This document shows positions 1 through 14,553 of a stretch of 64,000 nt of DNA, piece after piece (the stretch's first letter is position 1; every line of letters begins with the position of its first letter). Source of the stretch: Octopus sinensis (taxonomy: Eukaryota); assembly GCF_006345805.1 (NCBI RefSeq), contig NC_043010.1, positions 36,518,001-36,582,000 of the forward strand, written 5' to 3'. The position numbers were made by a program, and so were the translations under genes. The notes under the pieces are model-generated. The model was not told where the DNA came from. It ran no database searches and saw only the letters and a list, made by a program, of their open reading frames with translations.

Positions 1-899
1 ATACTTTTGTCTAATAAACAGTAATATGTATTATCTGATAATGTACTGAAAATATTAATTCTTAAATTTAAAAATAACTGTCCAAGATTTCACTAAAAAC
101 ATTATTTTTCTTTTTTTGTCTTTTCTGTGCTAAAAATATTTTGATGCTGTCTCAAAAATGCATGGATTTCTATTCATACTCAATGAAGCAAAACGGAAGC
201 GTTTCATTGAATTTTGAATTCACAGCGTATTTATTTTTCTTGTAGTGTTTTTTATATATATTTTTCCAGCGATATACCTCATAACAAACTGTTCGAGTAG
301 AAAATTGCGGTCGATTTTTCTTTCTATTTTTTTTTTTTTTTTGTTCTTTTCAAGTTCAACATGTCAAAAGCAATGTGACGTAGAAAGTGAACCAGAAAGC
401 ATTGTTATTGCAGTTAGTTGCTAAACAACGTCATTTTGAATCAATGTCATTTAATCTATGTTCATATATATAAACAAATATATAAATGCTGGAAAATAGC
501 TTCGTCTGACGGATAAATCTAACCTCAATAATATTTTTAAAAGCCCACAACGGGGAAAAAGTATGTGAAGAAAGAAAGATGAATGATTATGAATCCTTTG
601 TTATATATTTGGTATAGGATCAAAAGAACGACACATATTCTTATGCCGAGTGTCTCTCTTATTTGTCGCCAGCGTCTTGCAGAATCAGAATAAACTCTTG
701 CCAAGTTGAAAACCAATTTTCAAAAACATCCTTAATGTTCGTATAAATATCTCTAGTATATTCTAAGCAGATGCTGGAAACATAATCTCAAAAGAAAAGT
801 TTTCTCATATCTATTTTTACTCCGAAAGATGAGCATTCGATCTTCAGAAAAGAAGAGTGTCATAAAAAAGAAAGAAAAACTCGTTTTTAATTCGGTTTT

Positions 900-1760
900 C
901 GTGCTTTTCCTCAACTATGGTCTTGAATGTTGGGTAATTATCGAAAGAGTACGACTGGGAATATAAGCAGCTGAAGATTTCTGGGGTAACGCTACTCGAT
1001 AGGATGCGCAGCTCAGGGATGTAGGAGTCTTTTCAGGTCGAGCTGTCATTTCTCTGCATTGAGAGATTACAACTCTAATACTAAAGACGTGATTAGAAAG
1101 TCGTAGAAGAGAATCACTACCGGCAGGAACCTAGGATCAGACCATGATTAGGAAGGTTGGGTAATGTCCGCAGAATCAGTTGGGCATGGTTGGTAATCCA
1201 GCTGAAAAGTGTTATGTCGGTTGCTTCCGGCAGGACCTTATGGAGGAGGTGTTTGAGAACTCCACACCAAGACCATCCCATGAATGGATGGAAGCACTCC
1301 GTCGGTTTCGACGACGAGGGTTCCGGTTGATCCGAATCAATGGAACAGCCTGCTCGTGAAATTAACGTGTAAGTGGCTGAGCACGCCACAGACACGTGTA
1401 CCCTTAACGTAGTTCTCGGGGATATTCAGTGTGACACAGAGAGTGACAAGGCCGGCCCCTTGAAATACAGGTACAACAGAAACAGGAAGTAAGAGTGAGA
1501 GAAAGTTGTGGTGAAAGAGTACAGCAGGGATCACCACCATCCCCTGCTGGAGAATCGTGGAGCTTTTAGGTATTTTCGCTCAATAAACACTCACAACGCC
1601 CGGTCTGGGAATCGAAACCGCGATCCTATGACCGCGAGTCCGCTGCCCTAATCACTGGGCCATTGCGCCTCCACTATCCCATGAATCACTATTCATGGGA
1701 GGAGAAAATGGATAGATGGACGGATTAATGGATGGATTGATAGATTAATGGATGGATTGA
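900..1760 (+). mobile_element. Decayed RTE-clade LINE 3' end, interrupted by a SINE at 1286-1675
   Basis: Manual translation gives LNYGLECWVIIERVRLGI*AAE and GVTLLDRMRSSGM*ESFQVELSFLCIERLQL, matching the RTE C-terminal pattern (LTYGxESW..ERVRSRIQAAEM..GVTLLDKVRSSEIRESL). An (ATGG)n-like tail follows at ~1700-1760. Confidence 0.6.
1286..1675 (-). mobile_element. tRNA-derived SINE (body X + tail A) with an 11-bp target-site duplication
   Basis: Minus strand begins GTGGAGGCGCAATGGCCCAGTGATTAG (A box) ... GGTTTCGATTCCC (B box). ATCCCATGAAT flanks both sides (1275-1285 and 1676-1686). Confidence 0.85.
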
Positions 1761-2286
1761 GGGATAGAAAAACAATAATCATATTCTCCAGACCCTCTTT
1801 TCGAATTATTATAGTCGTACGTAACCAAAATTTACAGATGCCTACTCTCGGTCGTAAAGTTTAGATAATAGCTTTGTCTGGCCATTATTCCGAATACACA
1901 GCAACAAAACGCCCTGACTTCATGCAAATACATTCATACAGCCAGGTTTTCATATATACCCCGTTGCCAATGGTTCTCCGCATTGCAAACTTGTTGAATA
2001 TACATCCGACAATTGGTTTAAAAGTTCACACACACATACACATACAAACATTCGCACAACTCTGAAGTAACTAGACTTGATGAGAACATAAACGGATTGG
2101 TTACTTGTTTCACTGGAACCGGTGAAGTGAAATAGACGCTTCTGAGGAAACCTTGATAAAAGTAGAAAATCGACTAAGGCTGTTTATTTCTATTTCTTTT
2201 TCAATCTGTGGAGAAATTAGTATGCCTGAAATGTTTGTAATGTCTACTAGATAAGTTTATATATAAGTGTATGTATATATATGTAT

Positions 2287-2642
<356 letters not shown>

Positions 2643-3299
2643 GTATGTGTCTGTTAAATTCTGAAGGTTGAAGAGTGAAGGGGAATTGATGCGAATAGAA
2701 AATTATTCTGAAGTAATCAGAACTGGTGTGAAAGTGAAAGTAGAAGCAATCAAACGTCTGAGTGATTAGTATAATATGACATCATGAAAACAATCTTTTT
2801 AAAAGGAAGCAATAAAGTACAAACTTGACACTAATTACACCACGGAAGAAGGATTAGATAAGAATACAGCAGCACAAAAGGTAGGAAAAAAACCCCAACA
2901 GAACATGAAAGTAAAACATGAAAAAAAGATGATAAAATCCAACCGGAAATCGCAAAGCAAAATAAGTAAAACATGGAGGGAAAAATCTCGTCATAGTCAG
3001 TAGTCTGTAAGACAGGAGAGTAACAGAGTAAAGTAATATATAAACCAATAAAATGCTGTAAATTAGCAGAAATGGCAAATGTAATGTTGCCACCTACCGC
3101 CGTGGAGGCTGTGGTGATTGTGATACTGTGGTATGGTCCTCTGTTATTCAGCCACTTTAATCGTAAAGCTTGTGGCGGTGGTGTTACGGTTGTTAAATTT
3201 ACTTCACGTTCACCTTTGTTGTTGATGTTGCTTTTCTTCTTCTTTTTCCAATCAGGACTCATGCCATTAGCCACAAAGTATAATCTCTAATTCGAGCCT

Positions 3300-3725
3300 A
3301 CTCTAAGCTACTAAGAATGCGTGTGGCATCTTGAAGATCCACCCACCACATGTGATAGACTGGCGGTTGTACGGGCGCGAAAGCTACGTTGTTATCCTCA
3401 TTCCGTAAACGGTGGCTTTTAATGGGTGGAGAGCTGAACCATCCTGGGGTACAGAGGATTCGCAATCTAGACTAGGGTCTGAAAGTTTACCACTCCATAG
3501 TGGGTTACACCATGGTTCCTCTGCTTTGTGGAAGAAGTAGTAAGAAAGAGTGAGAGAAAGTTGTGGTGAAAGAGTACAGCAGAGTTCAGCCCACCCTCCA
3601 GTCGGAGCCTCGTCGAGCTTAGGTGTTTTTGCTCAATAAACACTCGCGACGCTCGGTCTGGGAATCGAAACCGCGTTCTTACGACCGAGAGTCCACTGCC
3701 CAAACCACTAGGTCATTACACCCCC
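3300..3725 (-). mobile_element. tRNA-derived SINE (body X + tail C)
   Basis: Same head and body as 1286-1675 (AGTGAGAGAAAGTTGTGGTGAAAGAGTACAGCAG; GGTCTGGGAATCGAAACCGCG on +) joined to an unrelated tail at 3300-3540. Confidence 0.7.
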
Positions 3726-3914
3726 TGTTGCAGTTGCCACGCACGCAGCCTGTTTGCTTTCTTTGTTGTTTTTGTCGAACATAAATGTTTTCACAACGCT
3801 GTGTCACTTTAAAACCGAAGTTCGAATACTCCCGAGAGTCAAGTTTGCTTTTTATCGTTCAGGGATGTGTGTTTCTGTGTGCGTGCGTATGTCTGTGTGT
3901 GTGTGCGTATTTGT

Positions 3915-4120
3915 ATGTCTGTGTTTGTGTCCCCCACTGTCACTTGACAACTGATGTGGAAGTGTTTATGTTGAAGTGTTGAAGTGTAACTTAGCGGTTC
4001 GGCAAAAGTGATCGATAACATAAGTACTAGGCTTACAAAGAATAAGTCCCAGGGTCGATTTGTTTGACTAAAGGCGGTGCTCCAGCATGACCGCAGTCAA
4101 ATGACTGAAACAAGTAAAAA
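3915..4120 (+). mobile_element. 3' half of the major SINE family
   Basis: TAAGTACTAGGCTTACAAAGAATAAGTCC..GACTAAAGGCGGTGCTCCAGCATG..GACTGAAACAAGTAAAA matches 17800-17960, 45200-45390, 57365-57562 and 63200-63385. Confidence 0.85.
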
Positions 4121-4996
4121 TAAGAGTTAAAGAATCATTTTTGTTATTTTTATTGTATTATGGATTTTGTGTGAGTTCGAGTCTTGTTTTACATTTTATA
4201 TGTGTGTTTTTGTTGATTTTCTTGTCCCACTTTGTTATCACGATGACCAGAATCTTAAGGGACTGGTCAACCGTTTTCATTGCTTGCCATATGTGTTAAC
4301 ATTCTGAGGAAAATGTGAAAATTTTTCTAAGAAAGAGAAAACATTTTCAAGACGGCTTCGTTTTTGCCGGGCAGCTGGCGAGGAAGAGAGAAAAGTAAGA
4401 AAGTTTGAAGGTGAAAGCACAGCAAAAACGTTTTAAAAATCTTTTTACTTTTTTATTCCCATCGACCAAAAATATAGACACCCGGAAAAGACAGAACAAC
4501 ACAATAGCAGGCGAGAACAAAATAGGGTTAAACTTAATATAGAGTAACATCTTTTATCGCAAACAGCACAGAATGTCATTTTATACAGATTCATACCTTT
4601 GAAAAAGAATGGATACCTTCAGACCAAATTAAATTAGAACGGATACCTTCAGACCAAGTTGAATTCTGCTTACAAAGTATCTGGGAAGACATAAATATTG
4701 TTTGCCAACATCAGCCAATTTGGGTATTTGAACGTTATTTTTCACTCTGAATTCGCAGCTCGGAAGCGACTCACACTCCAACGTAGAGCTGAGGATTTTA
4801 CACTGATGCCATTCTGTCTGCGACGGAGAGGGGTCCGGGTAATATTCTCGAACATATGATCAGAACTAGACATATTACACGTGTATATGTAAATCTCCAC
4901 CGTCCTTTGTGCACTATGCGATCCTTGCAGTCACTGAAGAAATTATTACCATTGTAATTATTACTGTCGTCGTCGTCGTCATCATCATCACCATCC

Positions 4997-5029
<33 letters not shown>

Positions 5030-5053
5030 TTTCTTCTTCTTCTTTTTCTTCTA

Positions 5054-5100
<47 letters not shown>

Positions 5101-5115
5101 CATCATCATCATCAT

Positions 5116-5601
5116 CTCTTTATCACAGGTTTTGTTGGCGCTCCTGGAGTCTTGCATAAGTAGCGGGTTTGCTACCTGCAGCTTACGGTACCATGCTATT
5201 CATTCTTTTCAACTACCTCATACTTTCCTGATTATTCTGGCCGTGCCAAGGTGGCAAACCTTTTGTAACAGTTCTACTGGTCACTCTATTCCAATTTCCT
5301 TTATATTCCTCTTAATACCTTCTGATACTGTTCCCAATGATCTAACAATAATTGGCACTATCTTTACCTTCATTTTCCAAAGCCGGGCTATTTCGTACTT
5401 AAGAGGGTTGTATCTATCTATCTATCTTTTCGCCTTCCCTTTTGGCTATCCGTGGGTCAAAGGTGCACGCAACATCAATTATATAAGCATATGTGGTGCA
5501 CCTTGCCGACCATCACTATGTCCGGTCTATCAATCTCTAGCACTTGAATTCTTTGGATTGGGAAATCCCAGAGGATTTTGTTAGTCTCCGACTCTGCCCC
5601 T
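5116..5601 (-). mobile_element. 3' fragment of an R4/Dong-type non-LTR retrotransposon (RLE domain), frameshifted
   Basis: Minus-strand translation across frameshifts: KILWDFPIQ..RPDIVMV..IIDVACTFDPRIAKREGEK..YNPLKYEIARLWKMKVKIVPIIVRSLGTV..LLQKVCHLGTARIIRKV, a PD-(D/E)xK-type RLE. Flanked on both sides by (GAT)n/(AAT)n. Confidence 0.85.
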
Positions 5602-5707
<106 letters not shown>

Positions 5708-5937
5708 CTTCCGATGCCGATGGACGTACGTGAATCAGCTCCGTGAATTTGACACCAATTTCATTGGAAATCTATTGTTAGGTTTGAATATTTTTTAATA
5801 TTTTTGTAGCCAAACCGACCGGCTTCTTGCGGAGCTCGTCGGTTGGGCGAAATTTTGCCCCATTCGGGGTGAAATTACGTTTGAAAATTTTGAACATTTG
5901 ACATTTTTCAACATTTTGAATATTACAACAAAAAAAC

Positions 5938-7404
5938 ATGGCTATGAAGCGAACAGTTGGCTGTTCCTTCCTTCAAGATACATCCCTCCGCAAACACACA
6001 CAACTCGTACAAAACACCACTTCACGCCTTAAAAGGCAACAAAGATTCTCCTTCCGAACCGCAGAGCACGAGCTCGGTTCAAAAGGAGAATGCAAGCCAG
6101 GACGTCGCGTTCGACGTAATTCTCGATTTTCCCCCTCTGCCTTCACCCAATGCTTTGGTACGGAAGGAGGAGGAAGAAAAAACAATTACAAAAATCATCA
6201 CAAACATTGACACGGAGAAAAAAGAAAAAAACTTCCAACAATTTTGCTTCTGCTGCGAAGCAAATTTCGGAGGAAGTTAAGATAACTCTAGAAGATGTGA
6301 AAAGAGCGAAGGAGTTGTTAAGGAAGGATGGCAATGGTATCTTCCTCAATACTCACAAGAGGTGATTGAAAGCACAAACAAGGAAACAATAATTTACAAA
6401 GTTTTCGACACAGAAAAACTAAAAAGAATAACAAATGCCACACCCCAACAGTTGGAGATAGCTCTAAAGCCCATTTGGGCCCAAAAGAGCTACGTAACCA
6501 AGGGGAAGCGTTTTGGAACCGTGGAGGTTCGCTTCCCAACAGAGGAGCTTGCAAGGGCGAACGCCATTTCGCCCTTGCAAACTGAGAATTTGTTACTAGT
6601 TCCGACCCACCTCGGGGCGAAGAGTAACAAAAATAAAAATCGACCTCGCACCCCCTGAGCTAGATATGTCATGGCTGGTGGCAGCTGTCCTCTATGATAT
6701 AGAGGACACTACCACCATTCTAGATGTCAGGAGAGTGAGGGCGAAAAAACTGGTTGGGGATGGGAGTGCTGCTTCTTGCGCAAATTCAGCAAGAGAATAT
6801 AAGTAAAGTCCCTGATTTCGTAAGTTTGCCGGACGGCACCAGGCTAAACGTTGCTGTGGAGGGGCGAAAGCCAAAATGTTTTCTCTGCAGCAGCGAAAGC
6901 CACTTAAAGAGGGACTGTCCATTCACAAAAAGAGGATGGAGGCTTTCAGCAAGAGGCAGGCAGCAGCAACAACAACAACAACAACAACAACAACACAAGC
7001 AACAACAACAGAACAACACAAAAACAGCAAGAAACACCAAAGGCTGCCACACCACCAACACCATCACCAACACCAGCACCAAGACGAACAACACCACCTC
7101 CAACAACAACAACCACCACCAAACCAACACCGACAACCACCACCAAACCAACCCGACACCAGTACCTCGAAGGTCGACAGCAGCGACATCAACAGTAACA
7201 GGAGCAGCGGCACCACCGATACCGGCGGAACCAAAAACTTTTCGTCCTGCTACTGAAGCAGACCCCTCAACCATTCCTTTGCCGGATGAAGAGATCTCGG
7301 ATTGTGCGAGCTCTGATTCCAACAAAGGAGAATGGAACATAGTGCCTCCAAAAAAGAAAAAGGAAAAAAACAAAAAGATTTACAGGGGAAACACGAACAA
7401 ATAG
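5938..7404 (+). pseudogene. LINE ORF1 (gag-like nucleic-acid-binding protein), frameshifted
   Basis: Overlapping ORF pieces 5957-6280, 6150-6365, 6362-6658 and 6754-7404 join into one protein containing the zinc knuckle KCFLCSSESHLKRDCP (CX2CX4HX4C). The C-terminus may continue in 7332-7673. Confidence 0.8.
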
Positions 7405-7863
7405 TACTTCCCAACATCAACAACAACATCAACAACAACACACACTCACAACAACAACAACAACAACAACACTTTCGACACACTACTGCCACACCACAGA
7501 CACACAAACACAGACACAAACAAACAGACACAATTACAGACACGATTACAGCAGTGAATACAAAAAACCAGGAACTGGTTGAGTATTTGAAAAACAAAAC
7601 AAGCACAAAAATTACAGATTTCATAATACCTACACACAACACACCACCAGCACACATTCTCACAATAAAATAAACAAAACAGTTTACAACGAAATAAAAC
7701 AAATATTCCCTAACGATGTGGATCGTTAGGGAAAAGTTTCTCTCAGAAACTTTACAAAAATATTATTGAAGCACCCGTGCAAAAGCACAAGGGAGCCACC
7801 CCCACCACCAACAACAGTAAGTAGAGCCTTTTTTCTCCTTTTTTTCCCCCTAACTTTTGAAAC

Positions 7864-10800
7864 ATGGCAAATCTTAGAATCGGTTGCTTGAATGTGAGAG
7901 GCCTCGGGTCACCTTGGAAACAGGGTCACCTGTTAAACGACCTGAGGTTCATGATGTGGATGTAGCAGCCATCAGTGAAACCAGGCTCTCCGACCCGCAG
8001 GAACTCGCAGCCCTTTTCGGCGGATACGAGATATTTCTATCTCCGTGTCGGCCGGGAGCGGGCGGTGGTGGTGGTACTGCGGTGTTGTTTCGGAAGGGCC
8101 TGGACCTGAAAATAAGGACAGTCTCTTGGATCCGGAAGGTAAGTTGGTGGTCCTCGACGTCGACGGTAGTGACGGCGGGGTGCTTTCAGACTGCTGGCTG
8201 CCTACGCTCCGACAGGAGCAGGGCAGTCGGATTATTTCAAACGTCTGGAAGTTTTCCTGGGAACGTCACGCACTCTAGTACTAGTTGGGGATTGGAACGC
8301 TGTCTTAGACGAACGTTTCGATCGGGTGGGCAGGGGAGCGTCTGATAGGAGAGGGGGAGGGTGCAAGAGCCTCGCCAACCTACTCGGCCGCTTTCAGCTG
8401 TCCGACAGGTTTCGACTAGACAACCCGAATGTGCCAATGTGGACTTGGACAAACCGCATCGGGTCGTCTAGATCGTACTTAGATAGAGTGTTTTGTAGGC
8501 CAGCGGATAAGGACAGCGTAGGGTGTCCACAATTCCACCTAGTCGAATATACGGACCACAAATTAGTGATCTGTACGGTCGACTTAGATAGGCTACATAG
8601 ACAGGGACCCGGCTACTGGAAGCTGAACGCGTCGTTAACGGCGTGCAAAGCTTACAGAGACCGGATTAGTTTACTAGTTAAGCGGGCGCTCACGGGGGCA
8701 TCATCAACAACAACTGGTGGTTTGCCCTCAAGAGAGCAATTAGAGTAGAGTCGATTAGGTATAGTAAGACTCTAGCTATTGAACGTAGGAAGAGAGAGCG
8801 GGATTTAGTTAAGAAACTAGACGAGGCTCTTGACACTGGCATCGCGACCGACGTGTTGGCGGCAAGGTTGGCCCTCGACCAACACTTCGACGCCAAACAC
8901 GAAGGCTGCGTTGTCAGAGCTAAGGCACGTTCGCTAAGCGGGGAGGGGACTAGAGCCGCTCGATGGGCCCGCGTGGCGGAGGCGCGAAGCGAGGCAACAG
9001 AGCAACCATTCGGTCTTTGGTGGACCAGAACGGGCGCGAGGTTACCCAACCGAAGCAGATGTGTACGGTGCTTCAGCGGCACTTTGCTCAACTGTTTGGG
9101 ACGAGCGGTGGAACGGACACCAACGGTACAGACTTCGGTGTGTACCTGGACGGACTGCCGCAACTCTCGGACAGCGAGGCAGAGTGCTGCGAAGGACCGA
9201 TATCTGCTGGGAAGTACAGGAAGCGATGAAGAGTTGCACGAGAGGTAGATCGCCGGGTTTGGATGGTCTGCCCTACGAGCTTTACTTTTCAATGCCAGAC
9301 TTGTTTGCGGACCTGTTGGCAAACGTCTACTGCAACTGGCAGCAAAACGGGAGAATTCCTGCTTTTGTCTGTCGAGGGGTGGTGGCTTTGCTAAAGAAGG
9401 ACCCAAACAAGGGGGACGTTATAGGGAATTTCCGGCCCATCACTCTGCTCAATGCAGAGTTGAAGATTTTGGCCAAGGTGCTAGCCAAGAGATTGGCGCT
9501 TGTCGTGGACAAGCTGGTCGGCGGGACGCAGACATGCGCCGTGCCGACCAGGTCGATACACGACAACCTCCATCTCATGCGCTACATCATAGAGAGGGTG
9601 GGTAACGACGCTGGCGCGGGTGGGGCTTTGATCAACTTGGATCAGAGTAAAGCCTTCGATAGGGTCGACCATCGGTACCTGGCAGCTGTCCTCAAGGCAG
9701 CCGGCTTCGGTCCAGTCTTCCGCGGGTGGATCGCTGCTTTATACAGCAACATCTGCTCGGTGATACGGGTGAACGGTCACCTTTCGGAACCGTTCGACAT
9801 CTCGCGTTCGGTCCGCCAAGGATGCCCTCTCTCCTCCCTCTTGTACATTTTGACTCTCGAGCCATTACTGCGCAAGTTGGAGGCTTTGAGGGGCATCCCG
9901 CGCGATAGGAGGCGGAAAAACGTGTCTGCTTATGCCGACGACGTCACCGTGGGGTGGTTGTCGAGCCACAGGCACATTGCCTGATTGGCGAGACGCTAAA
10001 CCAGTACGAAGCGGTGACAGGGGCAAAGATTAACGCGGAAAAGTCTGTGGGCTTGCAACTGGGCACCTGGAGAGGCAAGCCCATGCCGTCCAACAGCGTC
10101 GTAGGGCGCTGGACAGACGGACCCGTAAACTGCTCGGGGTCTGGTTCGGTCCGGACCTCCAGGTGGATAAGAACTGGGAAGAGGTGACGAGCAGGGTGGC
10201 ACGTCTCACCCAGAAATGGGCCGAGAGGAAGCTGTCCCTGAAAGGTCGAGCGGAGGTGGCGAATGCGTACATCGCATCCGTCATCTATTACCGCTTGACC
10301 GTCGTCCCTTGTCCCGACCGCTGGTTGGCCAAGCTGGTACGCCTGCTCTTCGACTTTTTGTGGAAGGGTCAGGTGCCACTGGTCAGGCGATCCATCTGCT
10401 GTCAACGACCGCTGAACGGAGGCCTTGGATGAGTGGTGCTGCTGTTGCGTGTTGCGCAGACATGCGCTCAGGCTGCGGCATCTCAAGCGCTTCCTAGACG
10501 GTGAACAGGTGTGGTCGTCTTTTGTCAGACGCGATTTTCCGCAGCTCGTCTCTTTGACGGAACTGCAGACCTGGATCAAACGTAGACCGAGAAAGGGCGC
10601 TTGGCACCTCGAGTGCCGTCAAGCCCTCTCCGCCCTCCGCCAGGCGGGCAATGCGGTCGGTTACAGCTCCACTCTAGCGTTCTATAGAGGGTTAGTGGAG
10701 GAAAAATGCGACGACGTTCTCGGGGAAACTCTAGGCGTTGAAGAAGATGACGAACTGTGCGGTCTGTTCGGGAGGACTTTCGGGCCGGGGCCGATGGATA

Positions 10801-11310
10801 ATTTCCAGAGGTCTCTCGCTTGGCAGTGCTACCGAGGGGCTCTGCCTGTTCGAGATAAACTCTACCGGCACGGAAGTGCCGTCAGCCGGGCCTGCCCGAG
10901 GTGTTGCCAGGACGACGAAACCGTTCTGCACGCACTCGTTCAGTGCCCGAGTATTGCTGAAATATGGGTTTATGTCGAACAGCTACTGTCACGTATAGGA
11001 CGGATCCGACTATCGGCCGAATCCATAGTGAAGATTGCCCCGCCGACCTCCTTAACAAGGAGGGCGAGGCCGTTTTCTTGTGCCTTGTGGCTGTGGCGAA
11101 AGAGAGTGTGTGGTGGACTCGTTTGAAAGGGCTAAAGTCAGACACTTTCCTCTTTGGTCAAGGCCTCATCAACTTTTTCAAGTTTCACTTGAAAAGGAAG
11201 ATGAGGTTAGAGAGGAAAGTGCTGTCCGATAGCAAGTTTTATGAAAGGTGGGTGAATTGTGCGAGACTGGCCTGTATAAATGGACCAGTTCTCAGGTTCG
11301 CCGCCTGTGA
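7864..11310 (+). pseudogene. LINE ORF2: APE endonuclease + reverse transcriptase + zinc-binding domain, with multiple frameshifts
   Basis: ATG at 7864 (MANLRIGCLNVRGL). APE motifs ISETRL, SYLDRVF, YTDHKLV, GPGYWKLN. RT motifs SPGLDGLPYELY, NFRPITLLNAELKILAK, LDQSKAFDRVDH, VRQGCPLS, SAYADDVT. C-terminal CPRCCQDDETVLHALVQCP. Confidence 0.92.
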
Positions 11311-11591
11311 TTTCAAAGAAAAAGGTAATGTAAAAGGAGAAGAAAGGGGACTCTCTACACCCCTTTTTTTGACCAGGCTCCCGTTGGCTTTTGTAGGGTT
11401 TTTTCCACCAGGAACCTTTCGAAACGTCTCCCCTTTTGGGAGTTTTTCATTGTTGAATTTTATAAGTTGTTATAAAGATTTTTACTCGATGTTTTTAAAA
11501 AAAACGGCAAAACCCTTTGTAACCTTTCGTCCTGTCTTGTCCCTTTATGTAATCATGCGTGTCAGCCCTTGTGGCCAATAAAAAAGAATTG

Positions 11592-11659
<68 letters not shown>

Positions 11660-11768
11660 CATTATTATTATCATTGTTATTGTTTTTGTTGCTGTTATTA
11701 TTATCATTATTATTATTATTATTTTGTTATTATTATCATTATTATTATTATTATTATCATTATTATTA

Positions 11769-11809
<41 letters not shown>

Positions 11810-12040
11810 TATTATTATTATTATCATTATTATTATTATTATCATCCTCATTATGATTGTTATTATTGTTGTTATTATTATTACTATTATTATTATTATT
11901 ATTGTTTTTGTTGTTATTATTATTATCATTATCATTGTTATTATTATTATTGTTGTTGTTGTTGTTGTTGTTATTATTATTGTTATTATTATTGTTGTTA
12001 TTATTATTATTATTATTATCATCATCCTCATCATTATTAT
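11592..12040. repeat. Degenerate (ATT)n/(GTT)n/(ATC)n array at the 3' end of the LINE
   Basis: Directly visible; explains the poly-I and poly-L ORFs. Confidence 0.95.
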
Positions 12041-12829
12041 TGCGGCGGTGACGCTGATGAATATGACGACGTTAAAAACATGAATAAAAACAAAAAAACA
12101 TGAAATAATGTTCCTAATAATTTATTAGATTTGTTCTAATAGAAAGAAAAAAAAAGCATCTGCCATGAAAATAACACAGTCATAAAACAATATATTGCTT
12201 TATGACGACACACACACACACACGCACACACACACGCACACATACACACACACACCACATACACACACATATATAGTTTTATATATATGTATATAATATG
12301 TGTGTGTGTGTGTGTATGTGTGAGGGGAGTTGAACAACAAGAACACTAATAATAATAAAAATAACAACAAGAACAACAAGAACTACAACAAGAACACAAC
12401 AACAACAACAACAACAACAACAATAATAATAATAATAATGATAATAATAATAATAATAATGATGATGATAATAATAATAACAATAACAATGATAATACTT
12501 CTGTTTTGGCAGTAATTATACGTTTCATAGAGATAATAACAGAGAATTAAGAGCGAAATATTTCCTTTTCTACGTAAATTAGAAAGGTAGAAGATAAAAA
12601 AGAAAGTAAAAAAAAATGATAATGGATTAAAAATAATATCCAAATGACATATTATCTTGACAACCCTGACACAAAACAAGAACAACCTATATATTCAAGA
12701 AAGACAAAACTATATATTATAAAATAAAATAAAAATAAAATATAAATATCAGGGGGAAAAAATGGAAAGAAAATGAAAAAACTAAAACCTTAGGTGTTGT
12801 GTCCTAACCGATGCAAGAGAATTAACATG

Positions 12830-13095
12830 GCGTCATTCCAAAAATTTGGTTTCAAATTTTGGCACAAGGCCATCAATTTTGGGGGAGGGGTTAGGTCGAG
12901 TACATCGATCCCAGTACTCAATTGGTACTTGTTGCATCGACCCTGAAAGAATAAAAAGGCGAAGTGAACCCCAACGGAATTTGAACACAAAACGTAAGGA
13001 CGGACGAAAAGCCGCTGAACATTTTGTCAGGCGTGCAGATCATTCTACCAGCTCATTGCCTTCGTCACTCGAAACACTGGCTTCAAATTTTGGCG
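12830..13095 (-). mobile_element. Diverged copy of the 184-bp-unit tRNA SINE family
   Basis: ATCGACCCTGAAAGAATAAAAAGGCGAAGTGAACCCCAACGGAATTTGAAC is the reverse complement of the family core seen at 48093-48665. Confidence 0.65.
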
Positions 13096-13304
13096 CAAAG
13101 TCAGCGATTGCTATGGAGGGTGTAAGTCGTTTGCATCGTCCTCAGTGCTCAACTACCAGTTGAGCACTGGGGGCGATGCATGAATTCGACTTCAGCGGGG
13201 TTTGAATTCAGAACGTAACGACGGGCGAGGAGCCGTTAAGCCTTTTGTTCGGTAATTTTTTCCGACATTCCCTCAATTTTGCTAACCGGTCATCTTATAC
13301 ATAA

Positions 13305-13394
13305 AATGGATGATAGATAGATAGGTGGATAGATAGACAGACAGATATATATATATATAGACAAACGTAGATAGATAGATAGGTAGATAGATAG

Positions 13395-13437
<43 letters not shown>

Positions 13438-13526
13438 CAGACAGATAGAGATAGAGATAGAGACAGACAGACAGACAGATACACAGTCAGATAGAGTCAC
13501 TCAGAGATACAGACAAACAGAAAGAC

Positions 13527-13557
<31 letters not shown>

Positions 13558-13572
13558 TGGATAGATTGATAG

Positions 13573-13667
<95 letters not shown>

Positions 13668-14058
13668 CAGAGAGAGAGAGAGACTGAAAGATATATAGAG
13701 AGGCATGGATAGACGGATGGACAGGCAGACAGCCGTAGATTTAACAGTCCCAGTACACACGTTCACAATCACACTCACGCACGCACGCACGCGCTCACAT
13801 GTACACGCCCGCACGCACGCACATACATATGCACTCCATCTGTTAGTAAAAATTTGTAGAATATGAAATATTAATATAAAATTAATATCACTCTAGGTGA
13901 AATAGAATGAATGAAATGGAACCCGCGATCAGTTACCATGACAACTATGCGTACGTCAATCAGCAATTTTCATAGCACAGTGTGTTATAGACAGACAGAC
14001 ATACAGACACCCGGACAGAATGATAGACAGACAGACAGATACAAAAATCGATTGGTAA

Positions 14059-14141
<83 letters not shown>

Positions 14142-14224
14142 TATAGATACGTTTCTTTATTAGCCACACAGGGCTGAACACAGAGGGGACAAAGACACGC
14201 AGACAGATAGATAGACAGACAGAC

Positions 14225-14281
<57 letters not shown>

Positions 14282-14361
14282 TACAAACAGACAGACAGAC
14301 AGATAGATAGATACATAGATAGGTACACAAACAGATAGGTAGGTAGGTAGGTAGGTAGCTT

Positions 14362-14426
<65 letters not shown>

Positions 14427-14484
14427 ATAGAGATAGATAGATAGATAGTTAGATAGAGAGATATAGATAGAAAGAGAGATAGAG

Positions 14485-14553
<69 letters not shown>

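Noticed and set aside
2831-3274. 147-aa minus-strand ORF with a hydrophobic C-terminus and a GCG|GTAGGT donor-like site
   Set aside because: No recognisable homology and no polypyrimidine acceptor; the hydrophobic part is the antisense of A-rich sequence.
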